Translations under genes and position numbers: made by a program | Shown: positions 29,672 to 38,101 of the stretch, one piece after another | How the letters are laid out: each line of letters starts with the position of its first letter | How positions within the stretch are numbered: position 1 is the stretch's first letter | Origin: Candidatus Latescibacterota bacterium | Lineage (GTDB): Bacteria > Latescibacterota > UBA2968 > UBA8231 | Reading direction: 5' to 3' | Assembly (NCBI GenBank): GCA_965242865.1 | Contig: CBDETK010000013.1 | Span: forward strand, 160,001-224,000 | DNA: 64,000 nucleotides | Notes under the pieces: model-generated | The model's database searches: none | The model's input: only the letters and a program-made list of their open reading frames with translations | What the model was told of the DNA's origin: nothing

Positions 29672-30531
29672 GGTTGGGCGTCGGGGGCCTCTTCTGTGAG
29701 GGGCAGCAAGGTTATGCCGGCGGCTGTGGCGCGGAAGCGCAGCACTTTATCGGGGTCGCCAAGCTGGCCGTCGCCGAGGAGTTGGCCATCCAACCAATAC
29801 TTCAGGCCGTGGGGACGGGTCGAGAGCACGACGAAGTGGTCGCGGGCCTCAAAGCGGTGGTGCTGGCCGGGCGGGACAATGGCCTCAAAATTTTCGGCCG
29901 CGTCATCCCAGTGGATTTGCACCCAAGTAGAGTCGCGGGCCTCTAGTTCGAGGATGACCGGAGAGGCTACGGTGGCTTGCGGCGCGGGCGCAGGGGCCGG
30001 GGTGATGGCGGGCGCGTCGAGCACCGGCTCGATGCTCGCCGGCGGGGCTGCGGGGGGGGGAGAAGCTGCTGGCTCGGGCTCGGGCGGCGTGGAGACCGTT
30101 TGCGGCGGGGCCGCTAGGGGGGCGGACTCCTCGTCGCCAGCGCCCAAGTAGTAATAGGCCCCGACGAGCAGGCAGCAAGCGCCGATTACCAAGCTAATGA
30201 CGATCAGCGGGGTCTGAGAGCGGTGCTTGGACTTGGACTTGGGCTGCGATGGCAAGACCACAGGGCGGGGGCGAGGCTGGAAGGCCCGACCTTGCTGTTG
30301 GTCGAAGCGGGTCAGGAACGGCTCCGGGTCGAGCCCGAGGTATTCGGCATACGCTTGCAGGGCTAAGCGGGCGAAAACCGGCTCGACCACATCAAACCGG
30401 CCGTCTTCTATGCCCTGCAAGACCGCCAAACTAATGCCGCTCTGCCGATGGACTTCTTCGAGGTCGAGGCCGCGCGCTTGGCGGGCGGCCAACAATTCTT
30501 CTGCGATGGTTCGTTGTTTTTCTTCGCTCAT
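29668..30531 (-). CDS. RodZ-like HTH membrane protein (DUF4115)
   Basis: N-terminal HTH (YAEYLGLD), TM helix, Pro-rich linker, STWVQI C-terminal domain. Confidence 0.75.
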   Translation of the reverse strand: MSEEKQRTIAEELLAARQARGLDLEEVHRQSGISLAVLQGIEDGRFDVVEPVFARLALQAYAEYLGLDPEPFLTRFDQQQGRAFQPRPRPVVLPSQPKSKSKHRSQTPLIVISLVIGACCLLVGAYYYLGAGDEESAPLAAPPQTVSTPPEPEPAASPPPAAPPASIEPVLDAPAITPAPAPAPQATVASPVILELEARDSTWVQIHWDDAAENFEAIVPPGQHHRFEARDHFVVLSTRPHGLKYWLDGQLLGDGQLGDPDKVLRFRATAAGITLLPLTEEAPDAQP

Positions 30532-31115
30532 TTTGGGCCCTGATCGTTTAGGTCGTACCCCACCGCGCTCAAGAGGACGCAAAGACGAGCTAGCGGCAGA
30601 CCAACTACATTATAATAACAACCGGCGATGCGTTCAATAAAGCGCGCCCCGAGTCCCTGTATGCCATAGCCACCGGCTTTGTCGAGCGGTTCGCCGCTGG
30701 CAACGTAAGCGGCAATGTCGGCCGCGGTCAAGGGCCGCATCTCGACTTGGGTGCAAGCGACTTCCCGCAGGAGCTGCTCGCCGCTGTGGATGGCTAGCCC
30801 GGTATAGACCTGATGGACCCGACCCGAAAGGTGCCCGAGCATGGAGGCCGCATGGGCTGCGTCGGCCGGCTTGCCCCAGATCGCGCCGTTGCTGCAGACG
30901 ATGGTGTCGGCCGCGATGACAGTGGCGTCGGCCGCCACCGCCCGAGCCACTGCGCGGGCTTTGGCCTCGGCCGATGCGAGTGCATAGTCGGCCGGAATGG
31001 ACGTGGCCGGCACTGGCTCGGCCACCGGACTGGGCACGACCGTAAAGGGCAGCGCGAGTTGGCGCAACAGCGCGGCGCGCCGGGGCGAAGCCGAGCCGAG
31101 GACGAGCGGCTTCAC
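30528..31115 (-). CDS. maf: Maf family nucleoside triphosphate pyrophosphatase
   Basis: LGSASPRR, IAADTIV, DKAGGYGIQG, NVVGLP. Confidence 0.93.
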   Translation of the reverse strand: MKPLVLGSASPRRAALLRQLALPFTVVPSPVAEPVPATSIPADYALASAEAKARAVARAVAADATVIAADTIVCSNGAIWGKPADAAHAASMLGHLSGRVHQVYTGLAIHSGEQLLREVACTQVEMRPLTAADIAAYVASGEPLDKAGGYGIQGLGARFIERIAGCYYNVVGLPLARLCVLLSAVGYDLNDQGPK

Positions 31116-31555
31116 GTGGGGGACTCCACCATCAAGGTGACCGGGCCGTCGTTGTGAATCTCAACCTGCATGTACGCGCCGAAGACGCCGCGTTGGGGCG
31201 GCAAGCCTTGGTCGGCGAGCAGTTCGAGAAAGCGCTCGTAGAGGCGTTGGGCCACCGGAGGCGGGGCGGCGTGGACGAAGCTGGGGCGGCGGCCCTTGCG
31301 ACAATCCCCGTACAGGGTAAACTGCGAGATGGCGAGCACGCGGCCGCCCACATCGAGAACCGAGCGATTCATCTTGCCTTGGTCGTCGGCGAAGATGCGC
31401 AGGTGAGCGCATTTTTCAGCGCAGAAGCGCAGGGCGCGCTCGTCGTCGCCCGGGCCGAAGCCGACGAGCAGGACCAGCCCGTGGCCGATTTGGCCGCAGA
31501 GCAGGCCATCGACGCGGACGCTAGCGCGGCTGACGCGCTGGACGAGGACTTTCAC
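31112..31555 (-). CDS. dtd: D-aminoacyl-tRNA deacylase
   Basis: VQRVSRASV, SQFTL, KGRRPSF, NDGPVT; GTG start. Confidence 0.95.
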   Translation of the reverse strand: MKVLVQRVSRASVRVDGLLCGQIGHGLVLLVGFGPGDDERALRFCAEKCAHLRIFADDQGKMNRSVLDVGGRVLAISQFTLYGDCRKGRRPSFVHAAPPPVAQRLYERFLELLADQGLPPQRGVFGAYMQVEIHNDGPVTLMVESPT

Positions 31556-31605
31556 GGGAGGGGTCAGGGGGTTGGTTGGAGAAATCGGCCATAGAATTGG
31601 CTGTA

Positions 31606-31633
31606 AATGTATCCCCCGACCTATTGCTGTCAA
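31606..31633 (-). promoter_or_regulatory. putative sigma70 promoter for dtd-maf-rodZ-priA
   Basis: TTGACA-16 nt-TACATT. Confidence 0.5.
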
Positions 31634-31639
31634 CCAATC

Positions 31640-33964
31640 CTAAAAGCGCCGCTGGCCGCGCTCGAGTTTGAGCTGGGGAATGTCTTTTAATTGGACCTTC
31701 AAAAAGAACGCCCGGTTTTTGTGGAAGGTGCTCGGTTGCACGTTGAGGGTCGTGGTCCAATCGTGGAACTCCTTTTGTAGGGACAACAACTCAGAGGTGA
31801 TGCGCTTGGTGGCCAACAGCCGCGTCCCCGGGGCCCGCAGATTGTAGTTGAGCGAGTAGTTGCAATGCCAGCTCGCCCTCGGGCTCAAGCCGACCGAGGC
31901 CCGCACCCAAGAGCGGCTGGTACTGGCGCGGCGGTGCGAGAAGTAGTGGCTGAGCTGGAAGCGGCTGCCGCGCCGACGGGTGTCGATGTCGCGCATGAGG
32001 CCGCTTTCAAAGCCAAAGGATTCTCGGCCGGAGCGGCGGGTTGGGTCGGCAGTCGCCTGCCGCGACCAACTCGCCGAGGTCCGCACTTCGAGCTGCTCGC
32101 GGCGCGGCGTCCACAGGTGCAATCGGTTCTGCTCGTCGTAGAACTGGTGGCGCAAGGTCAACCGCGAGTTTAGGTAGCGACCCACTTCAACGCTGAGGGT
32201 CGTTTGCAGGTCGTCTAGCCGGTTCTCTTTTCTTTCAAAGTCATAGCCCGTAGAGAAATTGAGCTGGACTAGGCGCGTTTTGTGCTCTTGCTCGTCGCGC
32301 AGCATTTTGGCCCAGAAGGTGTTGTCGAGGCGGAAGTTCAAGCGCCGGCGGTGCTGGAGCTGGCTGCCATCGCCGCCAAAGCCCAAGACGCCGCCGGTGT
32401 CCGCGCGGGAGGCCTGATAGCTAAACGCGACGCTCGGTTTGAGCACGTGGCGCAGTGCTTGGAGCGGGCCGATGGACGGGTTGAAGAGGCCGTAGAAGGT
32501 CTGGCTCAAGGTCGCGCGGGTCGAGAAGCGGTCGCGCCGCTGGCTGCGGACCGCACTATCGCGCAGGTCTTGGTCTTGCCAGTCTTGGTTGAGGGACGGG
32601 CTGAGATTGAGCCAAGAGAAGGGGCGGTACTGGGTGCTGACGCGCCAGCTTACTTGGGCGCGGGTTTGACTCGTCGTATCTGTGCGCGTGCCGCGCCGCG
32701 TGTTGCGCAGGCTGGCGTTGCCGTCGTAGTAAATGCGACTGTACCAAGGGAGGCTTTGGCGACTTTGGCCCTTGGGAGCTCCGCCCCAAATTGGCTTGCG
32801 GCCCTTGCGCAGGCTGAGTTCGGGCAAAATGGTGGAAAACGTCTCGGTGTCGAGGTTTTTGGTCTGGCTCGCTTTCAGGCTAAAGCTATTGCCCGAGCCA
32901 CGCCAACGCCGCGAGTAGCTGAGGTTGGAGCGCAGGAGGCGGTTGAGGCGGTCTTGGAGGCTCGCGCTGTTGTCTTGGGCAAAGGTGCTGTTGCTCTGGA
33001 AGGTGCCGTTGGCCCGCAGGCTGGCGTCGCGGCCGAGCTCTTGGCTGTGCGTAAATTCCACTCGCCAGTTGCGCGCGGCCGTGCGGCCGTCTTGGCGATT
33101 TTCAAACTGGGTGCTGACGCGCCCTCGGAAGCGGTAGCGCGCCGCGTAGTTTAGGCGGGCGCGCCCTAGCCAGCCCGAGCGCTGCCGTAGGTCGGCCGCG
33201 AGGGACAAGTCCCAATAGTCATTGGGCGCGAGGTAGTAGCCCAAGTTCCGCAGTTCCCACTCGCTTTGACGCGCCCCAAATCGAAGGGAGCGTTGCCCAA
33301 AACTCGGCGTCAACAGCCCGGACTGGCGGTCTTCGCGTAGCGAAAATACGTAAAAGGGAATCCACAACAGCCGCCGCTTTTTGATGCGGAAATACACCGG
33401 GCGCGCGATGGCTATGTCGCCGGCTAGGACCTTGATCCGCGGGCTGTAGAAGTCAAAGTGAGGGGGGTCGTCGTCGCACGTGGTGTACGAGCCTTGGTGG
33501 ACGTGGAACTCGGCGTCGCTGTGGGTCTGGATCAAGCGTCCGGCGTAAAATCCCTTGTCGCGGTGGATCTTGCCTTTGAGGATGGTTCCCTGCTCGGTGG
33601 ATAGGTCGTAGAGGATGCGCTCGCCGCGCAACGTTTGGTTGCCTTGGCGCAACACCGGGTGGCCAATGACGCGCCCCAGTGAATCGAGGGCTGCGCGCGC
33701 TTCGACTTGGTTGAGGGCGCGGCGAAAGACGATCTCGGCGGCCTCTAGCTGTGCGCCCTTGTACAAGACGCGGGCCTCCCCCTGCAACAGGAGCGAGTCG
33801 CCGACCTCGTAGTAGCGCATATAGGTGGCTTGGTAGGCAAAGCTCTGGTCTTTGGCTTGGCCCGTGGCCAGCAAGGCGCGGGCCTGTTGCAGGGGAGTCT
33901 CAGCCGCCTCGCTGCCTTGCAAAGGGGCGATGACTAGGCCGAGGACCAGCAGGGCGAAGATCAT
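31640..33964 (-). CDS. lptD: putative LPS assembly protein LptD
   Basis: Signal peptide, YTTCD..PPHF, RQSGLLTPSFG, GYYLAPNDYWD, beta-barrel C-terminal region. Confidence 0.8.
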   Translation of the reverse strand: MIFALLVLGLVIAPLQGSEAAETPLQQARALLATGQAKDQSFAYQATYMRYYEVGDSLLLQGEARVLYKGAQLEAAEIVFRRALNQVEARAALDSLGRVIGHPVLRQGNQTLRGERILYDLSTEQGTILKGKIHRDKGFYAGRLIQTHSDAEFHVHQGSYTTCDDDPPHFDFYSPRIKVLAGDIAIARPVYFRIKKRRLLWIPFYVFSLREDRQSGLLTPSFGQRSLRFGARQSEWELRNLGYYLAPNDYWDLSLAADLRQRSGWLGRARLNYAARYRFRGRVSTQFENRQDGRTAARNWRVEFTHSQELGRDASLRANGTFQSNSTFAQDNSASLQDRLNRLLRSNLSYSRRWRGSGNSFSLKASQTKNLDTETFSTILPELSLRKGRKPIWGGAPKGQSRQSLPWYSRIYYDGNASLRNTRRGTRTDTTSQTRAQVSWRVSTQYRPFSWLNLSPSLNQDWQDQDLRDSAVRSQRRDRFSTRATLSQTFYGLFNPSIGPLQALRHVLKPSVAFSYQASRADTGGVLGFGGDGSQLQHRRRLNFRLDNTFWAKMLRDEQEHKTRLVQLNFSTGYDFERKENRLDDLQTTLSVEVGRYLNSRLTLRHQFYDEQNRLHLWTPRREQLEVRTSASWSRQATADPTRRSGRESFGFESGLMRDIDTRRRGSRFQLSHYFSHRRASTSRSWVRASVGLSPRASWHCNYSLNYNLRAPGTRLLATKRITSELLSLQKEFHDWTTTLNVQPSTFHKNRAFFLKVQLKDIPQLKLERGQRRF

Positions 33965-34692
33965 GGCTGACGCTGACGCAGCACTTCGTACAGGGCAATG
34001 CCCGCGGCCACCGAGGCGTTGAGCGAGCCGCTGGTGGGAATGTGCAAGAGGGCGTCGCAACGCTTTTGCACCAGGCGCCGCAGCCCTTTGCCCTCGCTGC
34101 CGATGACTAGGGCGCAAGGCTGGGCAAAGTCCGCGGCCGCCAAGGGCTGCTCGCCTTGGGCGTCGAGTCCGGCGATGAAAAGTCCGCAATCCGCGGCTTT
34201 TTGCAGGGCCTTTTGCAAGTTGTCAACCCGACAGACAGGTACGTGCTGGGCCGCCCCGGCCGCGGCCTTGAGCGCGGCCGCGGAGAGTCCCGCGGCAGTG
34301 CGGGACGGCACGACGACGCCTTGGGCGCCGAGCGCGTGGGCGCTGCGGATTATGGCCCCGAGGTTGTGGGGGTCTTGTATTTGGTCGAGAAAGAGGAGGA
34401 GGGCTAGTGCCGGCAGGTGGGCGAGCACGCGGTCGAAGTCGGCGTACGCCGCCGCGGCCGCATAGGCGACGACGCTTTGGTGGTAAGGCCCGGCGAGGCG
34501 GTCGAGCTGGGCTCGGTCGCGCAGATCGTATGGAATGTGCGCCTGCCGGGCGCGGGCGAAAATTTCGTCGATGACCGGGCCGTGCGCGCCTTGGGCGACG
34601 AGCAGGCGACGCAGGGGGCGGTTGGCGCGCAGGGCTTCGAGCACCGGGCGGCGGCCCCAAATTAGGTCGTCGGATGGCTGTTTATCAGACAT
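33961..34692 (-). CDS. rlmB: 23S rRNA (guanosine-2'-O)-methyltransferase
   Basis: WGRRPVLEAL, DPHNLGAIIRSA, GSEGKG, SLNASVA. Confidence 0.92.
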   Translation of the reverse strand: MSDKQPSDDLIWGRRPVLEALRANRPLRRLLVAQGAHGPVIDEIFARARQAHIPYDLRDRAQLDRLAGPYHQSVVAYAAAAAYADFDRVLAHLPALALLLFLDQIQDPHNLGAIIRSAHALGAQGVVVPSRTAAGLSAAALKAAAGAAQHVPVCRVDNLQKALQKAADCGLFIAGLDAQGEQPLAAADFAQPCALVIGSEGKGLRRLVQKRCDALLHIPTSGSLNASVAAGIALYEVLRQRQP

Positions 34693-34763
34693 ATAGGGAT
34701 GGAGCGTAGTGGTCGCTGAGATCGGCTCATTGTGAGTGTTGAGGCAGCCAATTGAAAGTTTCC

Positions 34764-35273
34764 CTAAAGCAGCTTCGCTAGATGTCTTATGCGACGCCTG
34801 ACTTCGTCGCCCGGCAGAAACACCAGCGGGTCATTGTGCAATAGCCGCAGCGCGTCGTACAATTTGCGCGGGGACGCGATCCGGTGCGATGCCAGTTCAT
34901 CTATTATCCATAAAATGCCGTGGGTCTCGATTTCATTGTGTGCGGCGACCGTCCTCAATGCGCTGTCGCCAGTGAGCAGAATACTGTCGTCAATGTCTTG
35001 CGCCAGGGCGAGAGCGAAGCAGTCGTTGAGCGTGAGACGCTTGTGTAGATTGAAATGCGCCGCCGCCCGGATTACGATTGCTGCCGGCAGTCCGCGAACC
35101 TCCAATCCGCTGTTCTTCAGCATTTTCTTATCGCTCGCGGAAAGCCCCAGCCATTCTTCCTCGAACAGTGCGTCGGGCATCGCGAAGGTGTAAGGAAGCG
35201 CGAGGACTGCATTCAGGAGTGTAGCCTTCTCCAGATCGATCATGCAGGACGTGTCACTTACGATAATCCGCAT
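34764..35273 (-). CDS. PIN domain protein (DUF3368-like)
   Basis: IIVSDTSCMIDL, DCFALALA, LLTGD..LR, HGILW. Confidence 0.8.
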   Translation of the reverse strand: MRIIVSDTSCMIDLEKATLLNAVLALPYTFAMPDALFEEEWLGLSASDKKMLKNSGLEVRGLPAAIVIRAAAHFNLHKRLTLNDCFALALAQDIDDSILLTGDSALRTVAAHNEIETHGILWIIDELASHRIASPRKLYDALRLLHNDPLVFLPGDEVRRRIRHLAKLL

Positions 35274-36348
35274 CGATCTCAGCCGGCCCCCTCAATCCCT
35301 GTTCGATCCGACTGCGAGGCTGCTGAAGCAACTCACCGGCCTTACTCGGTGAAATGAGGCCCTCGGCTAGTGCCCAGTAGCAAAGCCGTTCAAACCGACG
35401 CGGCTCCTCGTGCTGCCCTTCCTCGCCTCTTCCCTCCAGCGGTTCTGGCTCAGTGGAGCGCCAGCCGCGGGCAAAGGTCTGGAACGCATAAGCCAGCGTT
35501 GATTCATTGATCACGCCTACCTGTTTGAAGCGCACCAGTAGCGTTGCCGCACTAACCCGGTACATCCGCTTGAGTTGGATCAGTTCTTGGTAGCCGGTAG
35601 CCTTGCGGGCCTCGCCAATTTCCCGGACGAGGTGACCCCGCGGGATGAGAAAAGCACCGGCAAAGACGTTCGATGCTTTTTCGTGATTGACTGGAGAGTT
35701 TGGGTCAATTAGCCGGTGTGCTAGCTCGTGGGCCAGCGTAAATCGCCGTCGTTCAAGCGTGGCTTTTCGGTTTACGACAATCACCGGGACTTGCTCCTCT
35801 TGGCGTTGTCTGCGGACTAGGCAGGTCAAGCCCGACACGCGCTCCGGCAATTCGATCACCAAGACCTTGATTCCCCAGTCCTCAAGTAGGGCGGTCATGT
35901 TCGGGATGGGATCGATACCGAGTTGCCATTCTTTACGCATGTTCTCGGCGACGGTCTCGCCTTCGTCTTCTCGATTGAGGAAGCGATTCGCCCACTGCGG
36001 CGTCCGCCATACCCCGCTATCTAGGCCTAGGATTTCCTCAATCGTCAGATAGCGTTGCAGACAGTCGATCACTTCGGCCGACACCCGCGCTCTTTCGCCA
36101 ACCAACGTGCCGGAACGTTTGCGAAATTCTACCGCCTCCAGCTCCTCGACCTGTTCGCTCAGCAGGTATTCAAGGGACACGCCGAGGATTTTGGCTAGCC
36201 GAATTAGGACGCCGGAGCTCGGCATCATCGCGCCCCGCTCGTATTTTCCGAGGGCTTGGGCGGTGACGTGGCCATCCAACGCGTCCGACAATCCGCGCAG
36301 CGAATAACCGGCCTTTTTTCTGGCAAGTTTTAGGCGATCTCCAAACAT
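35254..36348 (-). CDS. XRE HTH fused to ImmA/IrrE metallo-endopeptidase
   Basis: N-terminal HTH (RLKLARKKAGYSL), RRRFTLAHELAH (HExxH), EKASNVFAGAFLIP. Confidence 0.9.
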   Translation of the reverse strand: MFGDRLKLARKKAGYSLRGLSDALDGHVTAQALGKYERGAMMPSSGVLIRLAKILGVSLEYLLSEQVEELEAVEFRKRSGTLVGERARVSAEVIDCLQRYLTIEEILGLDSGVWRTPQWANRFLNREDEGETVAENMRKEWQLGIDPIPNMTALLEDWGIKVLVIELPERVSGLTCLVRRQRQEEQVPVIVVNRKATLERRRFTLAHELAHRLIDPNSPVNHEKASNVFAGAFLIPRGHLVREIGEARKATGYQELIQLKRMYRVSAATLLVRFKQVGVINESTLAYAFQTFARGWRSTEPEPLEGRGEEGQHEEPRRFERLCYWALAEGLISPSKAGELLQQPRSRIEQGLRGPAEIDADYRK

Positions 36349-36449
36349 CGGGCTCCTCTATTCCGTAGGTCGAGGGGCTACTGTGTCAAGTTCGGTATGA
36401 GTATATCTCCGTATTGCAGCGATGAGACGATAATGTGTCACAAATTTGG

Positions 36450-36744
36450 TCGTTTGGTTCAAAATACGCATGAAGCAATTGCTGCCGCTCGGCCTGTGTC
36501 TTGGCTAGTTCATTGAGAAGGATAGAGTAATCTGCGTCGCTTTTGAATTTCTCTCGATACCAGTGTTCTGGGTCGAGTCGATTGTCTCGTTGCGGAGCTT
36601 TGCTAGCTTGTGAATCAGATCGAGCGTTATCTCCCAACCCGTGGGAATTTTTGCTGCCCGCGATACGCCCGAGCCGATAAGGACAGCGTAAACGCCGCGG
36701 TTGGCCTGAATCGAGAATGCAAGCGAGTGGACCGGATCAATCAT
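36450..36744 (-). pseudogene. SIR2-family protein N-terminal fragment, frameshifted and truncated
   Basis: YAVLIGSGVSRAAKIPTGWEI, then in another frame DPEHWYREKF...YS.LL.EL...AERQQLL..YFEP; frameshift at about 36575. Confidence 0.75.
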
Positions 36745-38015
36745 GGTGATGTCGTCTCCAATTGCGTTACTCGCAACTTGCCGGACACTAGTTTGGGAAG
36801 CAAGGTGTCGCGCAGGGCGGCGAGGGTGCGGGATTCTGTTACGTTTGACCGGATCCGCCTATCAAATTGTAGAGCAAACATTCCGAACGCATCAACTACG
36901 TCTGAGGTAGGCTCTATCGTTGGCATTTCTTCAAACTGCTGCTTGTTAATGGCTCCGAATACTGTTCCCGTATGCTCGTATTGCTGAATCGCTCTTTGTA
37001 AAGCCCCGGCTGCGTAGTACGTGAACGAACTAGACCCCAACTTGTGCCGGAGGGCTGCGACCCCTCGGCCAATGCAGCATTGCTCCCAAGCCATGTTGAT
37101 GTCGCCGACAGGGGCTCGGACACTGACTAGCGTATCCTCGGGCTGGGCAATCCGAGCTGGGGCCGTGCAGAACTTTCGATTTTCAGGATACCGGAAGCCA
37201 AAATCGGTTCGACCTTGAAAGAATGGCAAGCCCTCACCGTGTTCATTGTACGTACTGCTTGGAGGTGATTGTCCCATCGTCAGATAGAAGCACTCCCCCA
37301 CCGTCTCAACCTCCCACCCCTCCGGCACCTCCCCCAATTCCGATTCCACCAGCCGGTCAGGGAACAACGCCGCGACCTCCGTCGGCAACCCGGTATCCCG
37401 CCCCTCCATCTTCGCCCGCGTCGGCCCGAAATCGACGAACCAGTCCTTGAAAATGGCTCGCGCCATCTCCTCCAGCGTCTCGTTCATGCGCCGGTTGAGT
37501 TCAATTTTGTCATCCAGTGTGCCGAGGATGTGGGCGATGGCGCGTTGTTCGGATAGGGGCGGCAGGTCCAGCTTTAACTGTCCGATGTCTGCTGGCCTGA
37601 TCGATGGATAGGCCGTCGTGCTGTGCTCGGCGATGGTGTGAAGTTGCTCGACAATGTGGTCCTGCGCCAAGAACCAATACAGGAAGTCCGTATGTGCGAG
37701 ACCGTCCTTTCCTCTTATAACCGAAAAGCCCGTCGAAGCCAGAAAGTTCGCCGGCACCTCTTTCAGTAAACCGAAATGCCTTTGATTGGGTCGAACCGTT
37801 GAATACACGATGTCGCCCGGCTGAACTTTTCGCCGTGCCCGGCTCGGTATCTTGTCTCTATTGACGATCAGATGCTGAATTTCCTCAATTCTATTCTCCT
37901 TTATATTGCCTGTGTCGAGATAATTGATGAATGGCCATGCCTCTGTTGGCGCATACGTGGAATCATTTATTTCAACGCAATCGCCAAAGGCCACCGTCAG
38001 CCACTCGTCGCCCAT
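36741..38015 (-). CDS. hsdS: type I restriction-modification specificity subunit (orphan)
   Basis: Two TRDs separated by LPPLSEQRAIAHILGTLDDKIELNRRMN...VPEGW; ends LRDTLLPKLVSG; AAGGAG RBS. Confidence 0.93.
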   Translation of the reverse strand: MGDEWLTVAFGDCVEINDSTYAPTEAWPFINYLDTGNIKENRIEEIQHLIVNRDKIPSRARRKVQPGDIVYSTVRPNQRHFGLLKEVPANFLASTGFSVIRGKDGLAHTDFLYWFLAQDHIVEQLHTIAEHSTTAYPSIRPADIGQLKLDLPPLSEQRAIAHILGTLDDKIELNRRMNETLEEMARAIFKDWFVDFGPTRAKMEGRDTGLPTEVAALFPDRLVESELGEVPEGWEVETVGECFYLTMGQSPPSSTYNEHGEGLPFFQGRTDFGFRYPENRKFCTAPARIAQPEDTLVSVRAPVGDINMAWEQCCIGRGVAALRHKLGSSSFTYYAAGALQRAIQQYEHTGTVFGAINKQQFEEMPTIEPTSDVVDAFGMFALQFDRRIRSNVTESRTLAALRDTLLPKLVSGKLRVTQLETTSP

Positions 38016-38101
38016 GCCTTGCTCCTTCCGCTTCAATCGGATGCTCGCCTGTTGAGCTGCCCAAGGTAGCTCGTTCTTTTCTCAACTACAGAAACGCAGT
38101 C

